DNA of 64,000 bases from Macrostomum lignano (Eukaryota): contig NIVC01003806.1 of NCBI GenBank assembly GCA_002269645.1, forward strand, positions 12,090-76,089, written 5' to 3'. Position numbers and translations under genes: made by a program. A model generated the notes under the pieces. The model was given only the letters and a program-made list of their open reading frames with translations, was not told the origin of the DNA and ran no database searches. Numbering within the stretch: position 1 is the stretch's first letter; each line of letters begins with the position of its first letter. Shown here in pieces: positions 57,646 to 64,000 of this stretch.

Positions 57646-58884
57646 TTTTCTCTATAACTTTTTCTACGGCTTCAGCTCGCTATGAATAGGAAAAACTACA
57701 GATTTCTCTGCGATTTTTTTAGATGAGTTGAATCAATAAATCGATTCGATTTCAAAAATATTGATTCAGTTTTCTCTAACTTTTTAGTTGAATTTATACA
57801 ACACAACTGTCGCTTTAGTAATCTTAAAAGACTAATGGTAATATTAGCCCCATGTCTTCTGCTTTTTTTGTCGCTTTGGAGCAGAAACTAAACCGAGCTT
57901 ACAGTGCAGAGCTGCCTCAACGCATACCTATACCTGTGTTAAAACTCTCCATTATATAAGCAAGTTGGTTTGCAGGCGGTGCTTTACAGTAAATGCACTG
58001 GCAACGGTGTGCAAATGGGTATGCACGGCTTCCACCGCTGTTTCCAACCCCAGTTTTTCTACCCTTTTAGATACTAAAGTAGTAGGCTGCTCTCTGTTGC
58101 TACTACCAGCGTGCAAGTAAAGCTTTCGTAGTAACTGCGTCCTAAATAAATGGGGAAAACTGAAGGATTCATATACAATGGCTCCGATTCTGTTATGGAA
58201 AAAACATGTTTACAAGGTGACAAAAAGCCGCACAAAACCCATGGTTACTGTTAAAGTGACAGCTTGGAGAAAGACCTTAAGACAACTCGTTTTGAGTTGA
58301 TGTACCTAATTCTTGCATCCTGATTGAGCCAAGCTTCAAGGACGCAATAAGGGAGACCCATTGCGTGCACGCGTTTGCAGACCAGGTGGGAGGCGGCAGC
58401 AGCCTGGGGGGGGCAGCGATAGCACCTGCAGGTTAGCGATGAGGCAATCAGCCAGAGTGGCAGTTGCTGGGTCGGCCGGTGCAGCAGGGCCCGGAGCCTA
58501 GGGTCCGGAGGCAGTGGCCAGCAGCATCTGACGGCACCGGCACAGGGCGGAGCTCCAACGCGGGTCATCAGAGCGTTGGTCGGCAGGCACGCCGCGTAGC
58601 GCAGCAGCGATCAGTAGAGCGCGTCCTGGGCTCGCGCTCTGGCGTGTCTAAAATTGATGCATTTTCTAAACTCAAAATCACCCGGCTCGAATGTTTCTAA
58701 TCAGACAGAGAAGACTGACAGATCAGCAAATGAGATTGAAGAAAAATTATCCAAACAAAACATCATCAGCTTATTAAAAGTAATTTTGAAGTCGACTCGA
58801 TAATATAAAAAATCACTAGCGAGAGGCCACTGGTCCGTTCGGGATAGTTGCGGCTCTCGTGACCTTGGGGGGTTAGTCAGACCG

Positions 58885-59225
58885 TGCGTACATTGCTGTT
58901 TGATTGGGGTAGGAGGGGTTGTGAGCATGTGTACATTGCTGTTTGACTGGGGTAGGAAGGGTTGTGAGCATGTGTACATTGCTGTTTGACTGGGGTAGGA
59001 AGGGTTGTGAGCATGTGTACATTACTGTTTGACTGGGGTAGGAGGGGTTGGGAACATGTGTACATTACTGTTTGACTGGGGTAGGAAGGGTTGTGAGCAT
59101 GTGTACATTGCTATTTGACTGGGGTAGGAAGGCTTGTGAGCATGTGTACATTGCTGTTTGACTGGGGTAGGAAGGCTTGTGAGCATGTGTACATTGCTAT
59201 TTGACTGGGGTAGGAAGGGTTGGGG
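58885..59225. repeat. ~43-bp minisatellite (CATGTGTACATTGCTGTTTGACTGGGGTAGGAAGGGTTGTGAG)
   Basis: About 8 units. Confidence 0.88.
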
Positions 59226-59400
59226 AGAGTGCGCATATTTTTTACTGTCGAGAAATGGCCGATAATTGTAAGTTAAAATTACAGTGATGAAGACATGATG
59301 CCAGCCATGCAATCACATTGAAAGCGATACGAGCATTAATATATAAGATTATGAACGACAATAAAATTATCACAGTTAACAAACCTACAAAATTTTAAAG

Positions 59401-63649
<4,249 letters not shown>

Positions 63650-63699
63650 GTAAGTGCAGCGCTTATGCGTTGCGCACCCATTTCACCGTTAGCGATGCA

Positions 63700-63948
63700 A
63701 AGGGGCTTTAGCACCAAGGGGCTTAGCACCAAGGGGCTTTAGCCACCAAGGGGCTTTAGCACCAAGATGCTTTAGCACCAAGGGGCTTTAGCACCAAGGG
63801 GCTTTAGCACCAAGGGGCTTTAGCACCAAGGGGCTTTAGCACCAAGGGGCTTTAGCACCAAGGGGCTTTAGCACCAAGGGGCTTAGCACCAAGGGGCTTT
63901 AGCACCAAGGGGCTTTAGCACCCAGCAGGGGCTTTAGCACCAAGGGCT
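63700..63948. repeat. 16-bp minisatellite (GGGGCTTTAGCACCAA)
   Basis: Direct reading. Confidence 0.9.
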
Positions 63949-64000
63949 AAAACACGTTAACAATATTTCAATTACAAATTCGGAAATTGCAAACGCGCAG

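Noticed and set aside
57976-58018. Missing TRPA pre-S1 exon (RCFTVNALATVCKW)
   Set aside because: It ends in phase 0 whereas the next exon needs phase 2, and it lacks the HP..L..KW motif. It would work only if a G were an assembly error.

Overview
Eukaryotic (animal) genomic DNA. It has GC-rich spliced exons, GT-AG introns and very dense mini/microsatellites. This style suggests a Macrostomum-like free-living flatworm, which is inference only. I hand-assembled seven protein-coding loci using splice-phase checks: (1) the last exon of an ELM2-SANT/MIDEAS-like gene; (2) spastin (3 exons); (3) a PRKX/Pka-C3 kinase (3 exons); (4) a D2-like dopamine receptor on the minus strand (5 exons; the TM3 exon at 32407-32519 is not in the ORF track); (5) a compact Notch (7 EGF, 2 LNR, NOD/NODP, TM, RAM, ANK, PEST; about 1074 aa); (6) a minus-strand gene joining ankyrin repeats to a caspase-fold domain that lacks both catalytic residues (an ANK-pseudocaspase, the best novelty candidate); (7) the membrane part of a TRPA-type channel, with no ankyrin exons found upstream and an apparent frameshift in its last visible exon. 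Non-coding content: two tRNA-derived SINE families (one with the MIR-type CORE), a foldback MITE, twin palindromes, and about 35 tandem arrays. Many introns consist of one satellite plus short unique ends. Most long ORFs in the supplied track are repeat artefacts. No CRISPR array, rRNA gene or true tRNA gene was found.
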